Positions 18,094 to 31,500 of a stretch of 64,000 bases of DNA are shown here, piece by piece. The stretch comes from Chitinophagales bacterium. Lineage in GTDB: Bacteria; Bacteroidota; Bacteroidia; Chitinophagales; LD1. The notes under the pieces are model-generated. The model searched no databases. It was not told the DNA's origin and was given only the letters and a program-made list of their open reading frames with translations. Within the stretch, counting starts at the first letter, position 1; each line of letters opens with the position of its first letter. The stretch spans positions 64,705-128,704 of the forward strand of contig JAHCHW010000006.1 of the NCBI GenBank assembly GCA_026129525.1, written 5' to 3'. A program made the position numbers and the translations under genes.

Positions 18094-19380
18094 ATGAACC
18101 ACTCCCGCAGCAATAAACTCTTCGAACAAGCACAACGCTTTATCCCCGGTGGTGTAAACTCACCAGTGCGCGCGTTTAAACAAGTAGGCGGCACTCCGGT
18201 GTTTTTTAAATCGGCAAAGGGCGCTTATCTGTTTGACGAAGACGGCAACAGCTACATTGATTTGATGAACTCGTGGGGACCCATGATACTCGGTCATGCA
18301 AACCCCGAAGTAACTAACGCTATTTCGGAAAATCTGCAACACTCTACATCGTTTGGTGCACCCACTGCTTTGGAAGTTGAAATGGCGGAACTGATTGTAA
18401 GCATGGTACCCAATGTGGACATGGTTCGCATGGTAAGTTCCGGCACCGAAGCCTGCATGACCGCCATTCGATTGGCGAGAGGTTACACGGGCAAAAACAA
18501 AATCATAAAGTTTGAGGGTTGCTATCACGGACACAGCGATGCGCTGCTGGCAAAAGCGGGAAGCGGAGTGGCTACGCTCAATATTCAACAAGTGCCCGGA
18601 ATTCCCTCCGCAGTTTTAGTTGACACCATAACACTTCCTTACAATGATGCAAATGCTGTTGCAGAAGTTTTCGAAAAACATAAAAATGAAATTGCCGCTG
18701 TAATTGTTGAGCCGGTGGCAGGCAACATGGGTTGTGTAATACCCGCAAATAATTTTCTGGAGACTTTACGCAGTTTATGCGATGCAAATAATACAGTGCT
18801 GATTTTTGATGAAGTGATGACCGGTTTCCGGTTAGCACCGGGCGGGGTGCAGGAATTGTTTGGTGTAAAAGCCGATTTGGTTACATACGGAAAAGTAATT
18901 GGCGGAGGAATGCCCGTAGGCGCCATAGGCGGACACACCGACATTATGAATCATCTTGCTCCTGTAGGAAAAGTTTATCAGGCGGGAACACTCAGCGGAA
19001 ATCCGGTAGCGATGATTGCCGGTTACACTACCTTGAGTATTTTGAAACAACATCCGGAGTATTACACTCAACTGAATACCGTTACATCAGGCTTAGCCGA
19101 GGAGTTGAGAAAACTTGGAAGGAAATTCAATGTACCTGTAACAGTAAACCAAGTTGGCAGTATGATTAGTTTGCATTTTACCGATAAGCCCGTTTGCAAT
19201 TTTACCGATGCGGCTGCTGCCAACAACGAACTTTTCAAACAATACTTTCATCACATGCTCGATGCTGGCATCTATTTGCCGCCATCGCCTTTCGAAAGTT
19301 GGTTTGTTAGTGTCGCGATTACCGAAAAAGAAGTAGAAAAAGTGCTGAGCGAAACGGAGAAGTTTTTTGCATCGCTTTAG
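18094..19380 (+). CDS. hemL: glutamate-1-semialdehyde 2,1-aminomutase
   Basis: FIPGGVNSPVRAF N-terminus and the class-III aminotransferase PLP lysine context YGKVIGGG. Confidence 0.95.
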   Translation: MNHSRSNKLFEQAQRFIPGGVNSPVRAFKQVGGTPVFFKSAKGAYLFDEDGNSYIDLMNSWGPMILGHANPEVTNAISENLQHSTSFGAPTALEVEMAELIVSMVPNVDMVRMVSSGTEACMTAIRLARGYTGKNKIIKFEGCYHGHSDALLAKAGSGVATLNIQQVPGIPSAVLVDTITLPYNDANAVAEVFEKHKNEIAAVIVEPVAGNMGCVIPANNFLETLRSLCDANNTVLIFDEVMTGFRLAPGGVQELFGVKADLVTYGKVIGGGMPVGAIGGHTDIMNHLAPVGKVYQAGTLSGNPVAMIAGYTTLSILKQHPEYYTQLNTVTSGLAEELRKLGRKFNVPVTVNQVGSMISLHFTDKPVCNFTDAAAANNELFKQYFHHMLDAGIYLPPSPFESWFVSVAITEKEVEKVLSETEKFFASL

Positions 19381-19391
19381 GAATGCAGTAT

Positions 19392-20009
19392 CTATTCCTG
19401 CACTTCCTGTTTTCGCCATTGCTTTGTTTTCTTATCCCAGTATTCCCAAGGTTTGGGTTCAACCCGCAGGTCTTCGTAAGGTTTTCGTTCGCTTGCTTTC
19501 TGCTCGGGATCGTTTGTGGTAGAAAATGTAATGGTGGTTTCATACCAATACTGACTTGCCCCGGGATTTTCGCTAATGAGCATTTTAGAAACCGCACCAT
19601 TCGGATGGAAACTCAACCGTGCAATCACCGAGTACGATTTTCGAATGTCTTTATGCCGGTAGGTTTCTTCGCCATACAAATCATAAAGCAGTACCCATCG
19701 TTCACCATCCGCCCACGGAGTAATTTTTGCGGAAACTTTTTTGTTGACATAATAGTGATAAATAGTATCGTTGCTCACCTTGGCGGGAATGGTTTTGTCA
19801 ACTACTTCCTTTTGTTGGATAGGCTGCGTTTGCTTTGAAGCGGGCACTGCCTTTTGCTGTGTATCTTTCTCAATAATTACAACGGTATCGCGCTGCACAA
19901 TTACAACAGTGTCCTTTGTAACAACTGCATTCTCCTCCTTTACTTTGTGTTTGCACGCAGTAATCAGAAAAAGAACTACGGTTAGTATCGCCAGCGCTCG
20001 CATACGCAT
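19392..20009 (-). CDS. hypothetical lipoprotein
   Basis: MRMRALAILTVVLFLITAC lipobox. No recognisable domain. Contains an internal KDTVVIVQRDTVVIIEKDT repeat. Confidence 0.6.
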   Translation of the reverse strand: MRMRALAILTVVLFLITACKHKVKEENAVVTKDTVVIVQRDTVVIIEKDTQQKAVPASKQTQPIQQKEVVDKTIPAKVSNDTIYHYYVNKKVSAKITPWADGERWVLLYDLYGEETYRHKDIRKSYSVIARLSFHPNGAVSKMLISENPGASQYWYETTITFSTTNDPEQKASERKPYEDLRVEPKPWEYWDKKTKQWRKQEVQE

Positions 20010-20102
20010 GTTTTTCTGTAAGCAGTCAAGTATCCTGCCAAGTTCTGAAAATAATTGTTGCGAAAAAGTAAAGTTCTATATTAGGCAACAAAACCTACCA
20101 TT

Positions 20103-21365
20103 ATGAAGAACTATCTTACTTCGCTTCTTCTGCTCATCAGTTTCTCTATACATGCACAAATTACACAGCCCGCACAGCCTTCGTCCGGTCCGGGCGGAAG
20201 TGATTATACCCACGGAGGGGTAACTATTTACGATTATGCCACCAACGGCAATGGGGAAGATTTCTGGTTGTACGAACCGAATAACCCAGTCCCTGACTCT
20301 GCTAATGTAATAGTGTTTTGCCACGGCTTGGGAATGACCAATCCGAAAGCATACGGAGCATTTATAAAACACTTAGTTCGAAAAGGCAACATTGTTATTT
20401 ATCCGCGCTATCAACGAACACTGAATTTGGGGACAGGAATTGCGGAATACAACGACAGTTGTGCGAAAGGAATTAAAAAAGCGCTTGATACCATTCAGCA
20501 GCCGGGGCATGTTAAAGGAAGAGTTTACAACTATTTTATACTCGGGCATTCGGTAGGCGGTGTGCTTACTGCAAATATGACGATGCTCTATCAGCAATAC
20601 GGATTGCCGAAACCACTCACTGCCTTTTCTATGCAGCCCGGTGCTTCTACTTATTTAATGAATGATTACTCTCCGTTTCCGGCAGACGTAAAATTTTTGA
20701 TTGCTGTGGGCGATAACGATGCTATTGTAGGAACTGCCCCCGGCACTACCATCTACAATCAAACTGTTGCCGTGCCAACCTCACATAAAAACCTCATTCA
20801 TCATTATGCCGATAACCACGGCTCACCTGCCATTCAGGCTTCGCACAACGAGCCATGCGGTTTCGATAATCAGTTCGATAATGGCGAAACCAATTTGTTT
20901 ATACCATTTGTAACCGGCACTGTTGATGCCATGGATTATTTCTGCTATTGGAAATTACAGGATGCGCTGATGGATTGTGCATTGAACAATCAAAATTGCG
21001 AATACGCTTTCGGTGATACGCCCGAACAACACGGCATGGGCAACTGGAGTGATGGAACTCCGGTGAGAATTTTAGAGGTAACACCCGGTGCAACAACTTT
21101 GGCAAACAACTTGGAAAACGATTTGGACATTTCCATTTACCCAAATCCAAACTCAGCGGGCCGTTGGCAGTTATTAGTAGGCAGTAAAATAGCAGGAAAT
21201 GAGTTTATCCTTTTTGATGTTAACGGAGGAATTATAGTGCAGTCTCCAATTTTACATCAGGAATCTCAAATTGAAACTGGCGAAACCGCTAAAGGTGTTT
21301 ACTTCTACCAAATAAAAAATTCTTCCAACGAAATTTTAAAGAGCGGAAAACTGGCGATTAACTAA
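20103..21365 (+). CDS. alpha/beta-hydrolase with a T9SS type-A C-terminal sorting domain
   Basis: Signal peptide, nucleophile elbow GHSVGG, and the C-terminal Por_Secre_tail-like ISIYPNPNSAGRWQLLV...GVYFYQIKN...GKLAIN. Confidence 0.75.
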   Translation: MKNYLTSLLLLISFSIHAQITQPAQPSSGPGGSDYTHGGVTIYDYATNGNGEDFWLYEPNNPVPDSANVIVFCHGLGMTNPKAYGAFIKHLVRKGNIVIYPRYQRTLNLGTGIAEYNDSCAKGIKKALDTIQQPGHVKGRVYNYFILGHSVGGVLTANMTMLYQQYGLPKPLTAFSMQPGASTYLMNDYSPFPADVKFLIAVGDNDAIVGTAPGTTIYNQTVAVPTSHKNLIHHYADNHGSPAIQASHNEPCGFDNQFDNGETNLFIPFVTGTVDAMDYFCYWKLQDALMDCALNNQNCEYAFGDTPEQHGMGNWSDGTPVRILEVTPGATTLANNLENDLDISIYPNPNSAGRWQLLVGSKIAGNEFILFDVNGGIIVQSPILHQESQIETGETAKGVYFYQIKNSSNEILKSGKLAIN

Positions 21366-22532
21366 TCAACCATTAACAGCTATCCAACTCATCAAACCGA
21401 TACTTTCCTTCAAAGCACTTTCGTCAATATCAAAGGTAGGGGTGTGCAATCCGGAAGTAATGCCTTTATTTTTATTGCCCACGCCAAGGCGGTAAAAGCA
21501 GGCAGGAACATGGTGCGTGTAATAAGCAAAATCCTCGCTGCCCATGCGGGTGGGGATGTCCAATACATTTTTTGCTCCAATGTATTCTTGTGCCGATTTC
21601 TTAGCAGAAGCAGCTACCTGCTCATCGTTTATTAAAACAGGATAGCCGTGCAATATTTTCACCTCACAGTGCGATAAATACTTTTCGCTGATGCTTTCGC
21701 AGATAAATTCAATTTGCTTATGAAGGCTCGTACGTAACGCTTCATCAAAACAACGTAGCGTTCCCGCAATTTCCACTACATCGGGAACAATATTGGTAGC
21801 GCCTTTTCCTTCAATTTTTCCGAACGAAAGCACCACCGGAATTTGCGGATTGGTCAGGTGACGAAGGTTGAGCAGAATTTCAGAAGCAATCAAAAGAGGA
21901 TTCTTTAATTCTTCAATTTTTGCAGCGTGCCCGCCTTTGCCCACTACGGTTAAGTAAATTTCATCGCTGCTTGCCATAAACTTACCACTGCAAAAACCGA
22001 ATGTGCCCGCCTCTAATTCGGGCGAAACATGCAAACCAATCATTTTCTCTACCCGCGGATTTTGCAACACACCTTCCTTTATCATAGCTTCGGCACCGCT
22101 CGGTATTTTTTCTTCGCTGGGTTGGAAAATGAATTTGTAAGTGCCTTCAATCTCGTTCTTTAATTCTGAAAGAATCATTGCTGCACCCAAAAGGTTGGCG
22201 GTATGCACATCGTGTCCGCAGGCGTGCATCACGCCTTTGTTCTCAGAACAATATTCTGTTTGATTTTCTTCTTTAATGGGAAGCGCATCCATATCGGCAC
22301 GTAAGGCAATACATTTTGATTCAGGATTTCTCCCTTTCAGTATTCCCACTACACCATGTTTGGCAATTCCGGTTTGCACAGTCAGACCTTGGTCTGACAA
22401 GGTTTTTGCTACCAGTTTCGAAGTTTCTACTTCCTGCCAACTCAATTCAGGGTTTGCATGAATTTGCCTGCGTAGCTGCACCACTCGCTCAAAGTGTTTT
22501 TCGGAAAGCTGTTTGATTTTCTCTTTCAGCAT
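21366..22532 (-). CDS. M20D-family amidohydrolase (N-acyl-amino-acid amidohydrolase-like)
   Basis: RRQIHANPELSWQEVETS, ALRADMDALP and MHACGHDVH motifs. Confidence 0.85.
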   Translation of the reverse strand: MLKEKIKQLSEKHFERVVQLRRQIHANPELSWQEVETSKLVAKTLSDQGLTVQTGIAKHGVVGILKGRNPESKCIALRADMDALPIKEENQTEYCSENKGVMHACGHDVHTANLLGAAMILSELKNEIEGTYKFIFQPSEEKIPSGAEAMIKEGVLQNPRVEKMIGLHVSPELEAGTFGFCSGKFMASSDEIYLTVVGKGGHAAKIEELKNPLLIASEILLNLRHLTNPQIPVVLSFGKIEGKGATNIVPDVVEIAGTLRCFDEALRTSLHKQIEFICESISEKYLSHCEVKILHGYPVLINDEQVAASAKKSAQEYIGAKNVLDIPTRMGSEDFAYYTHHVPACFYRLGVGNKNKGITSGLHTPTFDIDESALKESIGLMSWIAVNG

Positions 22533-22559
22533 AGATACAAACTCCGAAATCCGGAAGGG

Positions 22560-22976
22560 TTATTTGGTTTTTATTTTGTCCTTCACAATAAATGCTCCGG
22601 GATAAAGCGCAATAACCTGTTGTAAATAATAGGTGGCTTCTAATCGCGTTTTAAAATCGCCCAGACGAAGTTTGTAGTAAGGCTGCTCGTACTCTACATA
22701 CGAAACCAAATCGGGAAACTGCTTATACATGGCTCCTTTGCTTTGGTACACCTCATCGCGCACGTTGGTGTATGTTACTTGTATGCGGTAGCCATCGGTG
22801 AACTCGCGCTTGCGGTTGAACTCCACATATTTTTCGGATAGCTCCGCAATTTTTTCATCCTGATAAATGGTGTAATTTTTATGTGTGTTCACTTGCATAC
22901 TGTCCTGTGCAAAACCGACTGCTGAACACAAACCGCAGGCAACCGCAACAGCAATTTTCAAACTCAATAATTTCAT
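22560..22976 (-). CDS. SPOR-domain protein
   Basis: Signal peptide plus a C-terminal YRIQV...YKLRLGDFKTRLEATYYLQQV segment that looks like a SPOR domain. Confidence 0.65.
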   Translation of the reverse strand: MKLLSLKIAVAVACGLCSAVGFAQDSMQVNTHKNYTIYQDEKIAELSEKYVEFNRKREFTDGYRIQVTYTNVRDEVYQSKGAMYKQFPDLVSYVEYEQPYYKLRLGDFKTRLEATYYLQQVIALYPGAFIVKDKIKTK

Positions 22977-22987
22977 ATCACAACAGC

Positions 22988-23635
22988 TTATTCCGATACA
23001 ATACTAACACTTGCCGAGCAACCGAGGCGGTCGGCTCCGGCTTCAATCAATTCCAAGGCAAATTCTTTTGTTTTTATTCCGCCCGAAGCCTTAATCTTTA
23101 TAGACTTGGGAAGATTTTTTCGCAAAAGCTTTACCGCCTCTACCGTAGCACCGGGTTTTACAAAACCGGTAGAAGTTTTTACAAAATCTACCGTCATTTC
23201 CTTACACAACTTACATGCCGTTATTATCTCCTCGTCTGACAGAATACCTGTTTCGAGTATTACTTTGAGTTTACCGCCCCGCATTTGGGTAATGGTGGTC
23301 ATGCTGGTGAGTTCGTTTTTAAGATAATTTATATCACCGGCTTTGAGGGCAATAATATTAAGCACCATGTCAATTTCGTTTGCTCCTTCGTCAATGGCTT
23401 TGCGGGCTTCCTCTACTTTGGATGGCGTGTTGGAGTAACCCATCGGAAACCCGACTACCGTAGCAATTTTTACGGGCGAGCCGGAAAGCCACTGCCGGCA
23501 TTTACGAACAAAATAAGGCGGTACACAAACCGCTGCAAAACCGTATTCCTTCGCTTCATCACATAATTTTTTTATCTCCTTCTCCGAAGCATCGGGTTTA
23601 AGTAAAGTGTGGTCAATGCGGGCAGCGAGATTCAT
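22988..23635 (-). CDS. deoC: deoxyribose-phosphate aldolase
   Basis: IDHTLLKP N-terminus and the Schiff-base lysine context FVKTSTGF. Confidence 0.9.
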   Translation of the reverse strand: MNLAARIDHTLLKPDASEKEIKKLCDEAKEYGFAAVCVPPYFVRKCRQWLSGSPVKIATVVGFPMGYSNTPSKVEEARKAIDEGANEIDMVLNIIALKAGDINYLKNELTSMTTITQMRGGKLKVILETGILSDEEIITACKLCKEMTVDFVKTSTGFVKPGATVEAVKLLRKNLPKSIKIKASGGIKTKEFALELIEAGADRLGCSASVSIVSE

Positions 23636-23690
23636 TTTTTAAAAATAGAAAATGGCTGAACAGGTACGGTTAAATTCTCAGAACAGAAAT

Positions 23691-27020
<3,330 letters not shown>

Positions 27021-27260
27021 GGTTGCGGTTCGTTGTTCGTTCTGTTAAATCGGTATTTCCCGATGTTTATTTTAAAAGGGCTGCTAAAATAAGATAACCC
27101 CGTAAAATTGGGTTTCGGAAAGGTTTTTACATAGCAACATTCGGGCTAAACAGAAATAGTGGAAGAATTGGCAGGTTTAGCTACAATTCAAAGTTACGGG
27201 TATGAAAAAGTGGAACTTCTATCACAGCGATTTCTACATTCGCACGACAAAATTTCTACC

Positions 27261-28538
27261 ATGAACATTCTATTACTTGGCTCCGGAGGTCGCGAACATG
27301 CTTTTGCGCGTCAACTTTCACAAAGTTCGCTATGCACTAAACTGTTTATTGCCCCGGGTAACGCAGGTACATTGCAACACGGTGAAAACATTGCGATTGG
27401 TGTAAACGATTTTTCCGCTATTGAGCAGTTTGTAACTGTAAATAATGTTGAGTTGGTTGTTGTAGGTCCTGAAGACCCGCTGGTGAATGGTATTTATGAC
27501 TATTTCCTGTCGAAGGAGGCATTAAAAAACATACCTGTTATCGGTCCTTCAAAAACCGGAGCACAATTGGAAGGCAGTAAAGCTTTCGCCAAACAATTTA
27601 TGGTGCGCCACAACATACCCACCGCTGCTTACGGTGAGTTTACTATTGAAACTTTAGAAGATGGTTTTGATTTTATTGATGAGCAGGTGCCTCCTATTGT
27701 ATTAAAAGCCGATGGACTTGCAGCAGGCAAAGGCGTGTTGATTGTTCCCGATCATGGTGAAGCCAAAGAACAACTGCGCGAAATGATTGAGCAGAACAAA
27801 TTCGGAAAAGCAAGTGCTACAGTAGTAATTGAACAATTTCTTAAAGGGATAGAGTTTTCGGTATTTGTACTCACCGATGGAGTGAACTACAAAATTCTTC
27901 CCAATGCCAAAGACTACAAACGCATTGGCGAAGGCGATACCGGCTTAAACACCGGTGGCATGGGTTGCATTTCGCCTGTTCCGTTTGTAAATGATGAGTT
28001 GATGAAAAAGGTTGAAGAGCAGGTGATTATTCCTACAATAAACGGGCTAAAACAGGAGGGAATTGTTTACAAGGGGTTCATCTACTTCGGATTGATGAAT
28101 GTGAATGGCGAGCCTTATGTAATTGAATACAACTGCCGCATGGGCGACCCTGAAACTGAGATTGTGCTGCCGCGCATTAAAACAGATTTAGCAGAATTGC
28201 TCCTTGCAGTTGCCAATGGAAAATTATCGGAAAAGCAAATTGAAATTGATGAGCGCGCCATGGCAACGGTTATTGTGGCATCGGGCGGCTATCCTGAAGA
28301 TTATGAGAAAGGAAAATTGATAACTTTTCCGACTGATGTTTCTTCGGACACTATCATCTTTCACGCAGGAACAAAACAACAAGGCGAAAGCATTGTAACC
28401 AACGGTGGGCGTGTGCTGGCAGTTTCTTCTTTTGGTAACAATATTCACGAAGCCGTAGCAAAGTCAAATGCGGTAATTGAACAAATACAGTTTGAGGGCA
28501 AGTATTTCCGCAAGGATATTGGGTACGAGTTTCGGTAG
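27261..28538 (+). CDS. purD: phosphoribosylamine--glycine ligase
   Basis: MNILLLGSGGREHA start (ATG at 27261) and an ATP-grasp body. The track ORF start at 27159 adds a non-homologous extension. Confidence 0.95.
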   Translation: MNILLLGSGGREHAFARQLSQSSLCTKLFIAPGNAGTLQHGENIAIGVNDFSAIEQFVTVNNVELVVVGPEDPLVNGIYDYFLSKEALKNIPVIGPSKTGAQLEGSKAFAKQFMVRHNIPTAAYGEFTIETLEDGFDFIDEQVPPIVLKADGLAAGKGVLIVPDHGEAKEQLREMIEQNKFGKASATVVIEQFLKGIEFSVFVLTDGVNYKILPNAKDYKRIGEGDTGLNTGGMGCISPVPFVNDELMKKVEEQVIIPTINGLKQEGIVYKGFIYFGLMNVNGEPYVIEYNCRMGDPETEIVLPRIKTDLAELLLAVANGKLSEKQIEIDERAMATVIVASGGYPEDYEKGKLITFPTDVSSDTIIFHAGTKQQGESIVTNGGRVLAVSSFGNNIHEAVAKSNAVIEQIQFEGKYFRKDIGYEFR

Positions 28539-28556
28539 TTCCGGTTCAATTGTTCA

Positions 28557-29960
28557 TTAACTCCCGGTTCTGAACTTCTCCAATTTTTCAAACAGTAGAG
28601 CCGACACTGGATTAGTGGCTACATAAAACAATGCCAGAGGCACAAAGCAGAACAAGCCGCGTTTAAAAGAACTTTCCATCAATGAAGAAATAGGCGCGTT
28701 TTGTGCCTTTTCGTCAATGAGGTAAAATACCGAAGCATAAAACAGGAAGGACACAAAAAAGAAAACAAGCACATTCAGATTGCTCAACAATGTTTTCTTC
28801 ACTCCCGCTTTAAACATCCAGCCTGCATTAATCAGAATAAAAAGAAAAAACAGAATAAACGCCATGCCGTACAGTTGACCTCCGTCAATGCTGCCATGCT
28901 GCCCTCCAAACAAAAACGCACTGATGTAATTCTTCATCAAGGTTACGCGCTCGCTGTTGTAGCCCATTCCCAAATCGAACCGTGCGCCTTGTGCCGCATG
29001 TATCTTCAACTTTAAGTACAAATTCCAGATTATAAATGGGGAAACAGCAGCAGAGGAATACACCAATGTATCTTTCCAATTTTTGGTGCGGAGAAAATCA
29101 ATCGCTATCACTAACAGTGCGGCAGCAATAAAAACAATGGTATCGCTTCTTATCCAAATAACGAATGCCATCAACACTGCACCCAGCCAGAAAAATTTTC
29201 TGTCGCGTTTGTCTATCCATGCAAACGTGGCTAGTGCAGCCGAGCCAACATAAGCTGTTGTAGGCAAGTTACCCAAGCCGAGTGCCGCATGTGAAAACAA
29301 CTCGGGCGTTACCATAAGTGCCAGACTAAAAAATGAAGCAGCCGTTGAACCGGTATAACCATTTACCAAACTGTAAAATGTTGTAAGCAGCGATAGAAAA
29401 AACAGCGTAGTAATAATTTTGGCTGTAATACCGCCAAAGATGTACACATACGCCAGCGCTCCGTGGTACAATGGCGGATAAACGCCACCGGCTCCTTCTA
29501 AATTATAGTCGAACAAACTGATTTTGAGTTTCCCCTCTATCGCCATTATGCGCCCAAGTTTATCGAACGAACCGATGGTATCATGCTCGGTAGCGGGCCA
29601 AAAAAGATTTTTTACGGTAATTGCATAAAACAGATAACCGATAATACAGAAAAGAAACACCGCTACAAGGTTTATGTTCTTTAAGGAAACATCCGGTGCT
29701 TTCCAATCATTCTTCAACTGAACAAGCGAACGAAAATTTGCGCCATTTATGGCAAGTATGGCAGCAACGTTCAAACCTATAAGCACTCCCTGTGAATATC
29801 TTATACCAACCACATCTAACAGAAAAAGAAAAAATGTTTCTATTCCTATTCCAATTAAAAATGAGTAGCCCACCAATTCTGCCAAGGTGTATTTCCGGTT
29901 TATGAGCAGCAGCACAGAAACTCCAAGCAAATAGCACAGTACTATGGCAAGCGTTAGCAT
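28557..29960 (-). CDS. polytopic membrane protein, GT-C fold (ArnT/PMT-like) glycosyltransferase candidate
   Basis: 467 aa with more than 10 TM segments and an acidic motif in the first loop (WPATEHDTIGSFD). It sits in an operon with a GT2 enzyme. The call rests on architecture only. Confidence 0.5.
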   Translation of the reverse strand: MLTLAIVLCYLLGVSVLLLINRKYTLAELVGYSFLIGIGIETFFLFLLDVVGIRYSQGVLIGLNVAAILAINGANFRSLVQLKNDWKAPDVSLKNINLVAVFLFCIIGYLFYAITVKNLFWPATEHDTIGSFDKLGRIMAIEGKLKISLFDYNLEGAGGVYPPLYHGALAYVYIFGGITAKIITTLFFLSLLTTFYSLVNGYTGSTAASFFSLALMVTPELFSHAALGLGNLPTTAYVGSAALATFAWIDKRDRKFFWLGAVLMAFVIWIRSDTIVFIAAALLVIAIDFLRTKNWKDTLVYSSAAVSPFIIWNLYLKLKIHAAQGARFDLGMGYNSERVTLMKNYISAFLFGGQHGSIDGGQLYGMAFILFFLFILINAGWMFKAGVKKTLLSNLNVLVFFFVSFLFYASVFYLIDEKAQNAPISSLMESSFKRGLFCFVPLALFYVATNPVSALLFEKLEKFRTGS

Positions 29961-29962
29961 GG

Positions 29963-30718
29963 TTAATTCGTTTTTAGCTGCGCGGGCGGTTCGTTAATCG
30001 GAAAAATTGCTTCGGTTGGTCGTTGTTCCACGGGCACTTTGTATTTCAGTTTGTCGTATCCCTTTCCTTCAATAATTACAACATGGGTAATTCGTTTTGC
30101 CAAATCAGGATGCTCATGCTCGCGACCAATGGCTAAGCAAAGCCGCGGGTAAATAAAATACTCCATCCATTCAGGGTCGTAAATAAAATTCCAGCGCGAA
30201 TTATTAGAAACCTCCGCATCGCCTTCGGGTAGTAAAATTACTGCATCGGGTGGTGTGCTTTGTTTAATGTATTGTATAAACCCATAGTTGCCCACACGCA
30301 TTGCCATCTTAGCTTCATACAACGATTGTTCTGTAGAGTCTGCGCCTTGCCTGCGTAATTCTTCTTTTACCTTCTCAATGTTCTCCAAATTCTTCAACGC
30401 CAAATCGTGTATTGCCCAGTGATAGCCGCGGGTGAGGCGCGTAAACAACGATGTGTCGCTTTGTATTTCTATTATCTCGCTATACAACTGTTGGAGGCGG
30501 GCAGGGTTGCTGTTGCTTTGGCGCAATTGCTGAAACTCCTGATACAATTCCGGAAGCTTGCTCTGTTTTTCGGCACGCTTATCTATTATAAATAATAACA
30601 GCGCAATAACGGCAATAATGGCAAGGTTGCGGAATATGTACCCAACGGCATTAAATCCGGTGTTTACCGGCTTCTTTGCTGCAGAAGCAGCGGGTGTATG
30701 TTTTTGTTGCTTTGCCAC
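29963..30718 (-). CDS. hypothetical single-pass membrane protein
   Basis: 251 aa with a basic N-terminus, one TM segment (NLAIIAVIALLLFII) and no recognisable domain. The gaps to both neighbours are 2-4 nt. Confidence 0.6.
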   Translation of the reverse strand: MAKQQKHTPAASAAKKPVNTGFNAVGYIFRNLAIIAVIALLLFIIDKRAEKQSKLPELYQEFQQLRQSNSNPARLQQLYSEIIEIQSDTSLFTRLTRGYHWAIHDLALKNLENIEKVKEELRRQGADSTEQSLYEAKMAMRVGNYGFIQYIKQSTPPDAVILLPEGDAEVSNNSRWNFIYDPEWMEYFIYPRLCLAIGREHEHPDLAKRITHVVIIEGKGYDKLKYKVPVEQRPTEAIFPINEPPAQLKTN

Positions 30719-30722
30719 TGTA

Positions 30723-31406
30723 CTAACTCACAAATCTGAACTTAATTAAAACCCACAGCGCTTTTACCCCATCGCGCCAATTCATCTTTTTGCCCTCCTC
30801 AAAACTGCGCGGATAATAGTTCATAGGTAGTTCTTTGATCTTATATCCCATTTTCGAAACCTTAGCCGTTACCTCAGGGCAAAATTCAAAACGGTCGTAT
30901 TCCAAAGGTATTTTTTTAAGCACATCTGCTTTAAAAACTTTGTAGCAAGTGGCTTCATCGGTTATGTTTTGACAGTAAAGAATATTAACCACCCAACTCA
31001 AAAAACGCGCTCCAAATTTGTAGGCAAAATACAACGACTTTTCGGTGCGGTTCAAATACCGCGAGCCGTACACTACACTCGCTTCACCCCTTTTTATAGG
31101 CTCGGTTAAATGTACAAAATCGTTAGGGTCGGTTTCCAAATCGCCATCCTGCACCGAAATTATTTCGCCTGTGGTATGCGGTATTCCGGTTTTTATGGCT
31201 CCGGCTTTTCCTTTATTTTTTTTGTGGTAAAACACTTTTATGCCAGGTACATTTTCGTACTCTTTTAAGATAGCACGGGTGTTATCGGTCGAGGCATCGT
31301 CCACAATTATCAACTCCTTTTCAATTGGCACAGCCATTACCTTCGCAATTATTTCGCGAATGGTTTTTTGCTCATTAAAAACGGGCATTATCACGCTGAG
31401 TTTCAC
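30723..31406 (-). CDS. family 2 glycosyltransferase (polyprenyl-phosphate sugar synthase-like)
   Basis: MKLSVIMPVFNEQKTI...IIVDDASTDNT...QDGDLE (the DxD-type GT2 signature). Confidence 0.85.
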   Translation of the reverse strand: MKLSVIMPVFNEQKTIREIIAKVMAVPIEKELIIVDDASTDNTRAILKEYENVPGIKVFYHKKNKGKAGAIKTGIPHTTGEIISVQDGDLETDPNDFVHLTEPIKRGEASVVYGSRYLNRTEKSLYFAYKFGARFLSWVVNILYCQNITDEATCYKVFKADVLKKIPLEYDRFEFCPEVTAKVSKMGYKIKELPMNYYPRSFEEGKKMNWRDGVKALWVLIKFRFVS

Positions 31407-31500
31407 CGAATAGAAGTTCGTAATTGAAAAGCGACAAAGCTAAAAGAATACATGTAATAATACAGTTGGAGTAACTGTACTGAACACACCTGCCTAATCT

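Noticed and set aside
27021-27260. Possible purine/ZTP riboswitch in the 240-bp secA/purD divergent spacer.
   Set aside because: No conserved riboswitch core was recognisable by eye. Only a 5-bp ATCGG/CCGAT hairpin is present. A cmscan would be needed to be certain.
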